Assembly: GCA_905178155.1 (NCBI GenBank)
Contig: CAJINV010000004.1
Location: forward strand, 3,803,519 to 3,867,518
Source: Amoebophrya sp. A120
Taxonomy: Eukaryota > Protista > Dinoflagellata
Reading direction: 5' to 3'
DNA length: 64,000 bases
In this document: one piece after another, positions 49,701 to 61,700 of the stretch
Numbering within the stretch: the stretch's first letter is position 1
How the letters are laid out: each line of letters begins with the position of its first letter
Translations under genes and position numbers: made by a program
The notes under the pieces: model-generated
Databases searched by the model: none
The model's input: the letters and a program-made list of their open reading frames with translations, nothing else
Told to the model about the DNA's origin: nothing

Positions 49701-52700
49701 GCCTACTACGAAGACGTTTTGTCAGATCCCTCGACGCTGATGCAGCAGTTGGAGCTCGTCTTCCGCTTGGCTTCGAAGATTTGCGTGGCCTCCCAGGAGG
49801 AGTTTCCGGAGATTTTCGGGCGGGAGCGCATGACGGCGGTGCAGTACGCGCGGTGGATGCGGGGATTGTCGGCGCAGGAACAGCAGGAGATCCAGCAGAA
49901 CGACGAGAACGAGTGCCAACACTTTTGCCAGGTGTTGCGAATGGTGCACGAGAGGTACGCGGGCTTTGTGTCGACCATTGCCCCCCTCTTGTTCAGAACC
50001 CTGTCGAAGCTGGCGGTGGTAAACGGCACCGGGACGGGCGGGCTGGGGACGCACTGTCTTTTCTGCTTGTCCGAGTTGGGGAAGGCGCATGAACAGGAGG
50101 TCCTGGACTTGGTTGAGGAGATGCTGATTCCGGAATTACAAATGATCTCCACCTGGCAAGACGGGCTGAACGACCGCAACGGGGTGAGTTTGGCGGAGAC
50201 CATTGTTTCCGGTCTCGTCTTATCCTATGTAAAAACGTCCCCACCCCATAGTCAAGATCGAGAATCGGCTAGACAAATCCACAAGCCTTGGCTGTTTTGC
50301 ATGACAAACTTGGACTCGTAGTGTAGTGCTATTTGAGGTAGTTAAGCAGCATCACAGATCTAGTACATCATGCTGATTGGAGCATGACAAATTCCACAAC
50401 ACGCCTAGAAAAAGTTTTTCATGGGGCTCCGCAGGAGAAACATTCTCAGCATGCAGATTTGCATTACATGGGTTGGGGACGTTTTTAAATGCGACGCGTC
50501 TTTTTCGCACCGACGGAGCCGTATTTCCGTATGGCTTTCTCAACTGTTACATTCTCAGCTGTTACATGAATTTGTAATGCAAGAATGGCAACAGGAGTCA
50601 AAGGGGCCAGCTTGCTGCTTTCGCATCACAGATTTGGCACAGATGTAGAAACTGTTGAGTCCTTCGGAAATTTGTCATGCGAAGCAGCTTGATTATCTGT
50701 TGGCTTAAGCTAGTTTTGCATGACAAATCGTGTAACAGTTGAGAATGTAACGTTTGAGAACGCCATACTCCGCCCCAGTTTGCTGCTCGGCTACCACCAC
50801 GACGCGGCGTATTTTTGTAAGAAGATGCCCAATGTGGTGCGAAAACTCTGCGAGTTTTACCGTGCGGACCGGGCGAACACCGTGGAGCTGGCCCACTGTG
50901 CGGTCATGAGCCCGCCGTACGCGAATTTGATGAAGCACTGCGTGGCCAGTCGCGACAACGCGACGCTGTCCGTTGCACGCGACACGATTCCCGAAATGGT
51001 GATGTGGCTTTTCACCGAGCAGCACTTGATCGTCGACGAGCCGGACAAGAAAAAATCGAAGCGCTTCAAGGATTTTGTAAAAGTCGCAATTTCCATGATC
51101 ACCTTCGCCCGGGAGGATTCGGTGCGGGTTTTATTACCCTGTTTGGAAATCTGGGCGAGCCAGATCCAGCAGCTCGCGCGCACGGGGCCGCTGAACGACA
51201 TGGCGCCGGGGATGTGCGCCACGATGGCGCTGTTGATTGACGCAGTCACCTGCATGATGGCCAACAGCAACGAGGCGCTGAGCATCATTGTGAACCAAGC
51301 AAATACGGAGAAGGGGATCGTGGAGAAGCATCTACCCTTCCTCTGCGACATTATCAACGAGCAAATTGCCGAACCCCTACTCCTCTCCGCCTCTCTGCGC
51401 TGCTTCTGCTTGGTGCTGACCCATTCCCAAAAGTGCCGGGACGCCTGGATTGAGCTGGTAGTGCGGCCGACCGGGGAAAAGCCCGCGGGGGTTTTGGAGC
51501 TGGTGTTGCCCTACATGGGCGGGAAAAAGTACAAGGCGATCTACGAACGGTGCGCGCTGCTACTGGACGCGCCGGAGGAGGGCAAGCAGCAGGTGGTGAT
51601 CACGCCGCCCCTGGCCATGTGCTACAACCTATCGGAAGAAAAAACTGTCTCAGTCTCAACTTGTCATGCGCAAGAACTTCCTTGAGACAGTTTTTTGTCA
51701 TGCTCGACATGCAAGAAAGTCGTCCTTCGTATGCGTTTTCCCTTGTGTCTGACGCATCACAGATTCTTTTCCGTGTCATGCTGAGCAGATTTGTATTGCG
51801 GAGTCCTCTACGTCTACTGCAATGGTTTGAGACTTCTGAGACAGTTTTTTCTTGCGATACAACCTGTACGTCCACGAGTGTTTGATCGCATTGGTGGACT
51901 TATCAAATGCAAATATCCCAGGACGTCTGGAAGATTCCGAGATTTGTGATGCAGTTCATCCAAGCTCCACCAAGTCTGGAATGCAGGGTCCTCTAGCATC
52001 ACAGGATCTGCAGTCCCTTGGTGATGCCTGTTCTGCATGGCAAATGCCCTGCTCTCAGCAGGGCCAGAAATGGGCACCTTTTATTGCAAGTCACGCAACA
52101 CAGATTTTTGCACGATCCGCAACATGCATCACAAGTTCGCATCCTTCCCGACCCAGACATATTTGCAATGCATAGGACTTTGTGAAGGTTTTTACCTCGC
52201 TCGCAAACACGGACAGCTTCTGCGACAAAATGTCCGAACAACTCAATCAGAGGGGGCGGGAGAAGGTATTCGCGATTTGAATTTGCATAATAATTTTTGG
52301 TAAGGGTCGTGACTCAGGCGCTTGAGAGAGACCTCGACCTTATTACTTTTGATAAGAAGCTCAAGCTAAAAAACTTTTTTGCCCGAATCCTAGTATTTAG
52401 CACAGCTATTCTGGGGAGGGTGGTTTCCGCTTGCCCATGACTGCAATAGCGCGGATAGCATAACTGGAAATGCACCCGGCCGAACTCTCGAGAGGGGTAC
52501 TCACGCTCTGGACTTCGGTCCCTCCAAGTTCTGGGGTCTCGGCCCTAGGTGCGCGCCGGAACGGGGTTGCTGGGACTCTGACCTCTCCCAATAGGGTCCT
52601 TCGAGCCTCAGAGAGTGTCCGGCAGGACCACAGTGGTCCGCTCGCTGGCAATACAGAGAGACGTCTCTGGCTGGGGGACACAGGTTCGAATCCTGTAACG

Positions 52701-55700
52701 CGCTACTTTTGCGACGTATAGCAAGATCAACATTTTTCCACTGAACACAACTCGCATAACTACACAAAACAATACAACAACCAACAGATCCTTTTCTCCC
52801 TCCTCTCCGTCCCCGACGAGACTGTCCAGGAGGCGGCGATGAGCTGCATCCGGTGTGTCTCTATCCTGTGCAAAAGTATCGTACTCGTATTGCAGTCATG
52901 CATTGCAAATCTCTTTCGATTAAGGTAAATCAGGAGCATTACAAACTTTATTTCTCATGCTGAGGAAATTTGTAATGCATTTATACGAGTGCGATACTTT
53001 TGCAAATCATAGTCTCCCTCGATGAGCTAGAGGCGGATGAGATCGAGTTTCTGGTAAACATGCTCGACGTTTCGAAGCAGAGGATCCAGGGCGGCCTGCT
53101 CTCCGCGGTTTTGAACCAGCTGCGCGAGCTCTGCGTCACCGAGGGGAGCATCGCCAGCAAGGTGTTCCGGTCCAAGTTCGTGGAGACGACCAGTAATCAC
53201 GTGTTTGAGATTCTCCTGAAGAACCTGCAGATCGTGACCTACAGCAAAGCGGACGCGGACGCGAAGGCCAAACTGTCCTTCGGCTGTCTCCACTACTTGC
53301 TGATCATCAGCAAGTCTATGAATTTGCGCGCGCACCTCCGGTCCAAGGAGCTGTGCATCGGGCAGATGCCCGCAATTTTGAAGCTGGAGGAAGCGTATCA
53401 ACTGCAAATATGTCTGTGTCTGGAAGAATGCAAGATTTGTCATGCATATTTTGCATGATCCATAATGCCTGTAGTGCATGGCCTAGCATCACAGATTTTT
53501 AGAGCCCTTCCTCATGCCTATTCCGCATGACAAACGCCAACATCTCCGCGGAGCACAAAATCTACTCCTCTTATTGGTCACGCAATACAAATTTTTTTCG
53601 AATCCAGAGACAGCATCACAAGTTAGAATCTTCAAGACCCAGACACATTTGCATTTGAGAAAGCGGTGTCCGATGTGATGGAGCAGGACGTGTTTGTGGA
53701 GCGCACCTGGTCTATGACAGTGCACAACTCCCCCTCCCCCTCATTTGTCATGCAAAATTCCCAGTCCACCCTTCGCCTCTTGGCACTGTTTGCATGACAA
53801 GTTCTGGCAGCCCAAATGGCACTTCCGTTGCAAACTTTGTCATGCAAAACCGGCACTCTCGCTGATGTTTGCGCTGCCGTTCATGCTATACAAATGAGGG
53901 GGAGGGGGCGTTGTGCGCTGTTACATGGTCCGGAAGGAACCTCGAAGCGTTGTTGTCCTGCCTCACCGGCCCGCAGAAGCTGTCCGTCCGCGGGCCGCAG
54001 TCGTTCCGGGTCTTCATGCGCATCGCGGACGTGTTGCAGGGCCGCCCGGACAGTCTGGAGCCGTTGTCGGAGCTGAAGCACGACGCGGTGGATGGGAAGC
54101 TGTATGTGGATGTTTTGGCGGAGCGAGAGCGGGAAATGTTTGATCAGGGCATGATATGGATTGCAAATATGTCTGGGTCTGGAAGACTGTAAACTTGTCA
54201 TGCAGGTTTTCCATGACCCGTGAGGTCTGGAATGCGGAACCTAGCATGACAGACTCTGTGAGGTCTCTGTAATGCCTATCATGCTGCATGAGAAACTCTC
54301 TCCCAACTTGGTCGAAAGTGGGCAGCTTTTGGCACTCATGCAACACAGATTTTTGCATGATTCGGATTTTGCATGACAAGCTGCATCCATCCAGACCCAC
54401 CAGACATATTTACATTTCATACATGATCGAGAAGGAAATGCGGATGCTGGACGATTTATCCACAGTAAATTTCCCGTACACGTACAAATGCAGTCTCTGC
54501 ATGAGAAAACTTGCCTTCAATCCTAGTCTAGCATGACAAGTTGGACACTGCAAGTTAGCGAAATTTGTCATGTATTTTGTACATGTACGGGAGATTTACA
54601 TTGCATACGATCAGGAATGGGAGGACCGCGTTTCGCAGCACCAGTCCTTTGCGACCTTTCACGGCCTGTATCAGAGTTGTGCAGAATTCCCCCTCCCACT
54701 GATTTGAATGGCATGAGCAGCAACAAGAGCAACGTGACAGGCATGTGGCTTCCGCATGACAAATTTGCACACGGATTGTAGTACTGTTTGACGCTCCAAA
54801 ATTTGGCATGCAAACTGTGCCTAGAAGTAAAATGTGAGTTTGGTATTTTGCATTACAAATGAGAGGAAGGGGAGTTGTGCAGTGGAATAGCCTGGACGTG
54901 ATGCTGACGTATTTGGAGACGCAGCTGGGCACCGTATCAAATGTAAAAATGTCTGGGTCTGGAAGATTGCCAGGTTTGTCATGCACATTTTGCATGACTC
55001 CTGATGTCTGTGATGCATGCCCTAGCATCACAGATTTTGGGAGGGCTTCCAGATGCCTATACCGCATGAGAAATGCTCTTTCCGTGTAGCAAAACTTGGA
55101 CTCTCTTCGCTGCTGATGCAATACAGATTTTTTTAGAATCCAAAATCAGCATGACAAGTTGGATTCTTCCAGACCCAGACATTTTTACAATCCATACACC
55201 GCGGACGAGGACATTTTGTCGGTGCCGTTAGGAAAATTGGTGAACGACTTCGGTTCGAAACTCGCGACGGAAACGGAGGAACTCGCGACGCAGCGAAAGC
55301 AAAAGGAGACGGCGGAGGAGATCCACTTCGAGGTGGAGTACCCCGATCCGGACGACGCGAACTGCAAAAACACGACGGACCACTTCCTGCAGGCGTTCCT
55401 CGAGACGGTGTCGACTGATTTCTCCCGGGACGAGTACCTGGTGACGCACCAAACGTATTTCTCCGAGGGTCAGGACCGGTTGGAAACGCTGTTAACGCGA
55501 TCGCCGGTCTACATATCCTATGTAGAAACGTCCCCACCCCATAGTCAAGATGGAGAATCGGCTAGACAAATCCACAAGTTTTGGCTGTTTTGCATGACAA
55601 ATTTGGACTCGTAGCGTAGTGCTGTTAGAGCTAGCCCCCGAGCATCACAGATCTAGTATATCATGCTGATTGGAGCATGACAAATCCCAAAACACGACTC

Positions 55701-58700
55701 GAAAGCGCTTCGCATGGGGCTCCGCATGAGAAACATTCTCAGCATGCCGATTTGCATTACAGCTATGGGGTGGGGACGTTTTTGAATACGATACTACAAC
55801 GACGTGCCCTACGTGCTGGGCGGCGCCAACGGATCCGGGACCTACCGCCCGGTTCTGACCGCCGACCAGGGCCTGAACACGAACGCCATCGTGTCCGCGT
55901 TTCTGCGGTCCGCGTACGTTTTACTCACGGTTCCCTGCGCGCACAACCTGAAGAAAACGGTGATGACTTGGGTCCGGAACAAGGTCACGCTCCAGCGGTT
56001 ACTATGAACTGCAAAACTATCGTACTCGTACGAATTGCACTTATGCATAACAAGTTTCTTTTTCAAGTAAATCGCTGAGCTACTAACTTGTATTGCAATA
56101 CTACGAATGCGATACTTTTGCAGTGCATAGTTACTCCGGCTGGTCAACTCGCTGTCCGACTGCACGGAGTTTCACGTGGCGAGCAAGTTCCTGCGGATTC
56201 TCAATCTGTCCCACAAGTGCGGGGCGCGGGACTTGGAGCAGTTACGGGAGGTGTTGCCCGCGGAAGTGCCAAAATCGCGGTTGGACGTGTTGTTTCTATC
56301 CCGTGCAAAAGCATCGTACTCGTATTGCAATCATGCATTACAAATCTTTTTGCTAAGGTAAATCTGCATGACAAATTTTATTAATATCTCATGCTGAGCC
56401 TGAGGAGATTTGTAATGCATTAGCATTTAATATAAGAGTGCGATCCTTTTGCAGTTCATAGCTTCTCTGGCAGGACTATTTGAATAATTTGATGGCCATG
56501 TTGGTGCCCAGGTGTAAGAACTACGCGCGCACTATGGGAGTGTCAGGATCGAAACCGTCAGAGTTGAAGAAATAGTTTGTCATGCATAAAATCGATACCA
56601 GTTGGAAGCCCACTTATCAAGCGGCGCATGACAAATTTTCGGAGCAAGTCCAATTTGTCATATTATTTGGGCCCAAAAGACTGCTTCTGTCATGCTCCTT
56701 TAGCAGCTCTATACCAAACCCTAAATAGGCTCACAATCTGCCTCAATTGCCATCCCGGCAAGACAGGCACTTCATGCCTTGCATATTTATTATGCATGAC
56801 AAATGATTTCAACTTTGTCGATTTCAAAGCTGACGCTTCCATACGCACGCACGTGAAACTGAACGACCAGCAGGAGGTGCTGTCGCTGGAGATCCTTTTG
56901 TCGCTCCACCTTATTTCGCACCTTCTGCCCATGTTTTCCTACGCGAAGTACTACTTGGTCCACCTCCAGTGCCTCAATCTGGTTTTCTACCAGTTTTTCC
57001 GCCCGGCGATCGACAACTTCATCGAGTTCTGTCTCTACGACCTGCGACTAGATTCGTTATCGAGCACGCAGTATGGATTGCAAAAATGTCTGGGTCTGGA
57101 AGATTCTGAGATTTGTCACGCATGTTTTGCATGACCCAGGATGTCTGTAATGCACGACCTAGCATCACAGATTTTTACCGGGCTTCGTGATGCCTACTCC
57201 GCACGACAAGGGCCGTCCCCGCCTAGCACAAACTAGATTCCTCTTGCTGGTCATGCAACACAGATCTTTTTAGAGTCCAGAGTTAGCATCACAAGTTCCA
57301 ACCTTCCAGACCCAGACACTTTTGCATTTGATACGCAGGCCAGAATTAGCAAGGATTTCGCGTACAGCGGCAACCGACGGGTGGCTTTGCTGGATTTTGG
57401 CATGGAAATCCTGGCGAAGTGCATGCAGCACTATCCTGATAAAAAACGTACCCACACCAGGGTCAAGATGGGGAATCTGCTAGACAAATCAACCAGCTTT
57501 GGTTGTTCGGCATGACACGTTTGTCCTCGTAGTGTAGTCCTGTTTAGCTAGTTCAGAAGCATAACAGATCTAGCATAGCATGCCGATTCTAGCATCGCAA
57601 ACTCCAAAACACAAACAGAAAATGCCTCTTTTAGGGATCCGCGTGAGAAACTTTTTTGGCATGCAGAATTGCATGACAGCTATTGGGTGGGGACGTTTTT
57701 ACACAGGATGAGCACAGCAGCAGCCTCAAGTACGACATTCTGGAGAAGTTCAACAAATCGTCCGAGGTCATGCGCCTGCCCTATCTGAAGCAATTACTAC
57801 ACCTCTACCAGATGTCGCTATACCAGTCCTCGGTGGAGATCCTGCTCAACTACGGCGACGTCAAACTCGCCCTGCAAGCGCCGGCTAAGGAGCGGGTGCT
57901 GCATTTGCTCGAGGTCAGGTTTCCGAGCACAAAGTCGAAGTACCACAAGACGACGGCGCTGAACAAACGGGAGCACCTGTTACTCTGTGTCAGCACGAAA
58001 AGGATTTTGTTGCTACAGAAAGGTATTAAGTATCAGAATCAGTATGGTATAGTGAAGTGGACTTGAATCATGATTTTGTTAGTAGTAGTATCATGATACT
58101 TACTTTGGTGACATCATGGTTTTTCTCATGCTGCGGATGGTACATGATGAGTAGTCCAATTGACGGTCACGTAGGCATCTTCACTTTAAGCTGAGCAATG
58201 AAAAGTCCATGTTGAAGATCTTCACGTCAGACTCTTTTTATCGATCCACAGACACCACTCGTGCCTCCTACTGGTTGCACCCGGCTTTAGAAGGGCCCTG
58301 CGGCGTTTGCCCCACGCAGGCGTTTTGTCCGAAGCTGCCTTCCGTCCTCTTCTCGCACAATTTTGACAAGCTCTGCCGCGTCGTGGATGGGTGGAGCCAG
58401 ATGCTCGCGGTCGGCTTCATGTTCGGCGCAGCCGAGAAGACGGAACTGTTACTGCTGAAAACGTCCCCGATGGGCAAGCGCAAGGTGCTGGACCACTTTG
58501 AGACCCTAAGCACGTGCGGCATCTCGGCGGACGCCATGTTGCGAATTTCCCCGGACGTCATTTCGGAGTCGGGGTTGATATTCAAGGTCCGTTTTACTAG
58601 AGTTTCACTACTGCAAATGGTGCACTTTAGCAGGTGCCAGACGATATCGGAAATGGTTAACTATTCCGGCTGTAGTTCCACCTGCTCCTGAAAAAACTCG

Positions 58701-61700
58701 ACCCAAGATTATGTTTGGGAAAAATAATTGAAAGATCCCGGCAACTGATGCCTTTCTATCTCGTGGTACAAAAATACTTTTAATATAATATATATTGCTC
58801 TTTTATCCAGGTCGGAGACACCCAGATCGTTGGCCTGCAGTTTGTGCGCGTGCGACGCGTGAAAAACTTGGAAGTCGTATTCTACGCAAAAACGTCACCA
58901 CCCCATACTAGTCAAGTTGGTAAATCTGCAAGACAAATGCAGAAGTTTTGGGAGTCGCGCAACACATGTTTCCGTCTGTATTGTAGTGCAGTTTAGCAAG
59001 GGCAGGCGCATCACAAACCCATCCCCTCATCCTGTTTACAGCATTAGAAATTCGAGAGCAAGGCTGGAAATGCCTCTCATAGGGCTGCGCATTACAAATG
59101 TGTCTGTAATCGAAATACTGTATGAGAATTCTAGGGTGGGGACGTTTTTTCTCAGGATGAGTCGCGCGGTCTGTATCAAATGTAAAAATGTCTGGGTCTG
59201 GAAACTTGTGATGCTGTGTGGCGTATCATGAGGAGGCGACACTTGCTGGCTCAGCATGACAAGTTTCTGAGCTTCTAGGTGTTGCCTATTCTGCATGACA
59301 AACTACGTTTCTGCATGACAGAAAAGTGGGGCTCTTTGGTAATGTGCATGACAGATGCAAGAGTCATGCAGACAAGCATGACAAACTTGCATTCTTCCAG
59401 ACCCAGACATTTTTACATTTGATAGTCTGGCCGCTTGGACTACACCATGGAAGAGGCGGCTATGGCGTTCTCAACTGTTACAATCTCAACTGTTACATGA
59501 GTTTGTGATGCAAGAATGGGAAAAGTGATCGGAGAGATCTTGCGCGTCTTGCATGACAGATTTGGCGCCGATTATCAGCCTGTTTGGCCCTCTGAGAATT
59601 TGTCATGCGAAGCAGCTTGATGGTGTAGATTCTGAAGGCAATTCTGCATGACAAACCATGTAACAGTTGAGAGTGTAACGTTTGAGAGCCCCATAGCGGC
59701 CGATCGGTATGGGCGCGAGTGGAGTGAGGCGCTGATCGTGTTAACCGAGGGCGAATTCTTCGAGTTTGTCGTGAATTGGGACTACTGGCTCCCACCCTTC
59801 GAGGAGGACGACGACGACGGGGCGGCGCTGCAGGAGGAGATCCGCATGAAGCTCCGCGGGCGGAGCATTCCGAAGATGGCGAACGAGATCATGTTATGAA
59901 CTGCAAAAGTATCGTACTCGTATANTCTTCCAGACCCAGACATTTTTACATTTGATAGTCTGGCCGCTTGGACTACACCATGGAAGAGGCGGCTATGGCG
60001 TTCTCAACTGTTACATTCTCAACTGTTACATGAGTTTGTGATGCAAGAATGGGAAAAGTGATCGGAGAGATCTTGCGCGTCTTGCATGACAGATTTGGCG
60101 CCGGTTCATTCGTGTGGATCGTGATCACCGGTTCATTTGTGTGGCGGGATGAGGGGGCAACGTCTTTCTTGTTCATGTTTCAGGATCATGACGAGAAGAA
60201 CGACTTTTGTCGCCACGGCAGGCGACAAGTAGATATTGAATTACTACAAAAGCGACCGAGCGCAATAAAATCCTGTTCCGCGAGAACCACCGGAGCGGCG
60301 TGGGCGCTTTTTGGTTTACCCATCGTAGTCTTAGTGCCGCGTTTTGGTGCTGCCTTTCTCTCGCTCGCCGGTTTCTTGATTCCTAGAACGCTGAAACCGG
60401 GGGCGTGTACTGGGTGGGTTGCCATCCCCAGTGCACGAGCGTGCCTTGCAGTTGCCCCGAGCGACCCCGCGGGGGTTGAGGCGCCTTGTCTCAAAAAAGA
60501 ACTCTAGCCCCGGGCGGAGTACGAATCCGGGCAGGTTGCGTACCTGCGCAGGGCAAGTTTTTCAACACGTTTCGCGCCCAGGTGTGCGCCAAACGCTTTT
60601 GTAGGCGGGGCTGGAGTTCTGGTTCTCCAGCCCCGTAGGGTAGCGACAGGTAGCGCGGTGAAGCGACACTTCCCCAGGCTGCCAGTAGGAAAGACTCAGT
60701 CGACGCACTCGGCGATTGGGAAATGTTGCGGCGACTGGGAAGATACCAAATCACCTCGTGCGCGCTAAGTCGCAAGCACGATCGTAGAGACTCACGCGAG
60801 GGTCGTGAGTTCGTTCGTTCCAGTTCGCACCTGGGACAGCTTCAGAAGGTGCTACCGCGCGACCAAGAGTTGGTCGCTTCGCTGTTGACGCGAAGATACG
60901 TCTCCGTTCGCGTGAAAAGGTTCGCGCTTTGGGATTCTTCGTTCGTAGCGCGACCGCAGGATCTGAGTGCCCGACCCGCTTTGTGGTCGGTGTCCACGTG
61001 CTTACTGAGTTTAGACAGATGCACGAACTTAGCCTATCGATCGAACTTTTAAAATTAAGTAGATATTGAATTACTACAAAAACGACCGAGCGCAATAAAA
61101 TCCTGTTCCGCGAGAACCACCGGAGGAGCGTGGGCGCTTGTGATGAAAAAATCAAAAGTCACACACCTTCTACATCGGCAGCAGCAAATATGTCTGGGTC
61201 TGGAAGGATGCAAGGTTTGTCATGCTCGTCTGGCATGACTGAAGAGCTTGTGATGCGCGTTCAAGAAGAGACCCTTTTGCTTGTCATGCAAAAACGCAGT
61301 CTGTCGTGCGGAAACCGCAACACTTAGTCACGAAAATATTTCTTATGCTTGGCTGTGCATTACAGAGCATTCTCTATTTCCAACTCAGCATTACAAGTCT
61401 CCAGACCCAGACACATTTGCATTTGATACAGCAGCCTCAAGTACGACATTCTAGAGAAGTTCAACAAGTCGTCCGAGGTGATGCGGCTGCCCTATCGTGT
61501 GGTGGATCGTGATCACCGGTTCATTCGTGTGGCGCGAGGAGGGGACAACAACTTTCTTGTTCATGGTTCAGGATCATGACGAGAAGAACGACTTCTGTCG
61601 CCACGGCAGGCGACAAGTAGATATTGAACTACAACAAAAACGACCGAGCTCAATAAAATCCTGTTCCGCAAGAACCACCGGAGCGGCGTGGGGCGGCGTG

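Noticed and set aside
52449-52703. Standard tRNA-Phe(GAA) with an intron
   Set aside because: It lacks U33 and a purine at 37, has two acceptor mismatches and an unusually long insert. It is reported as a tRNA-like RNA instead.
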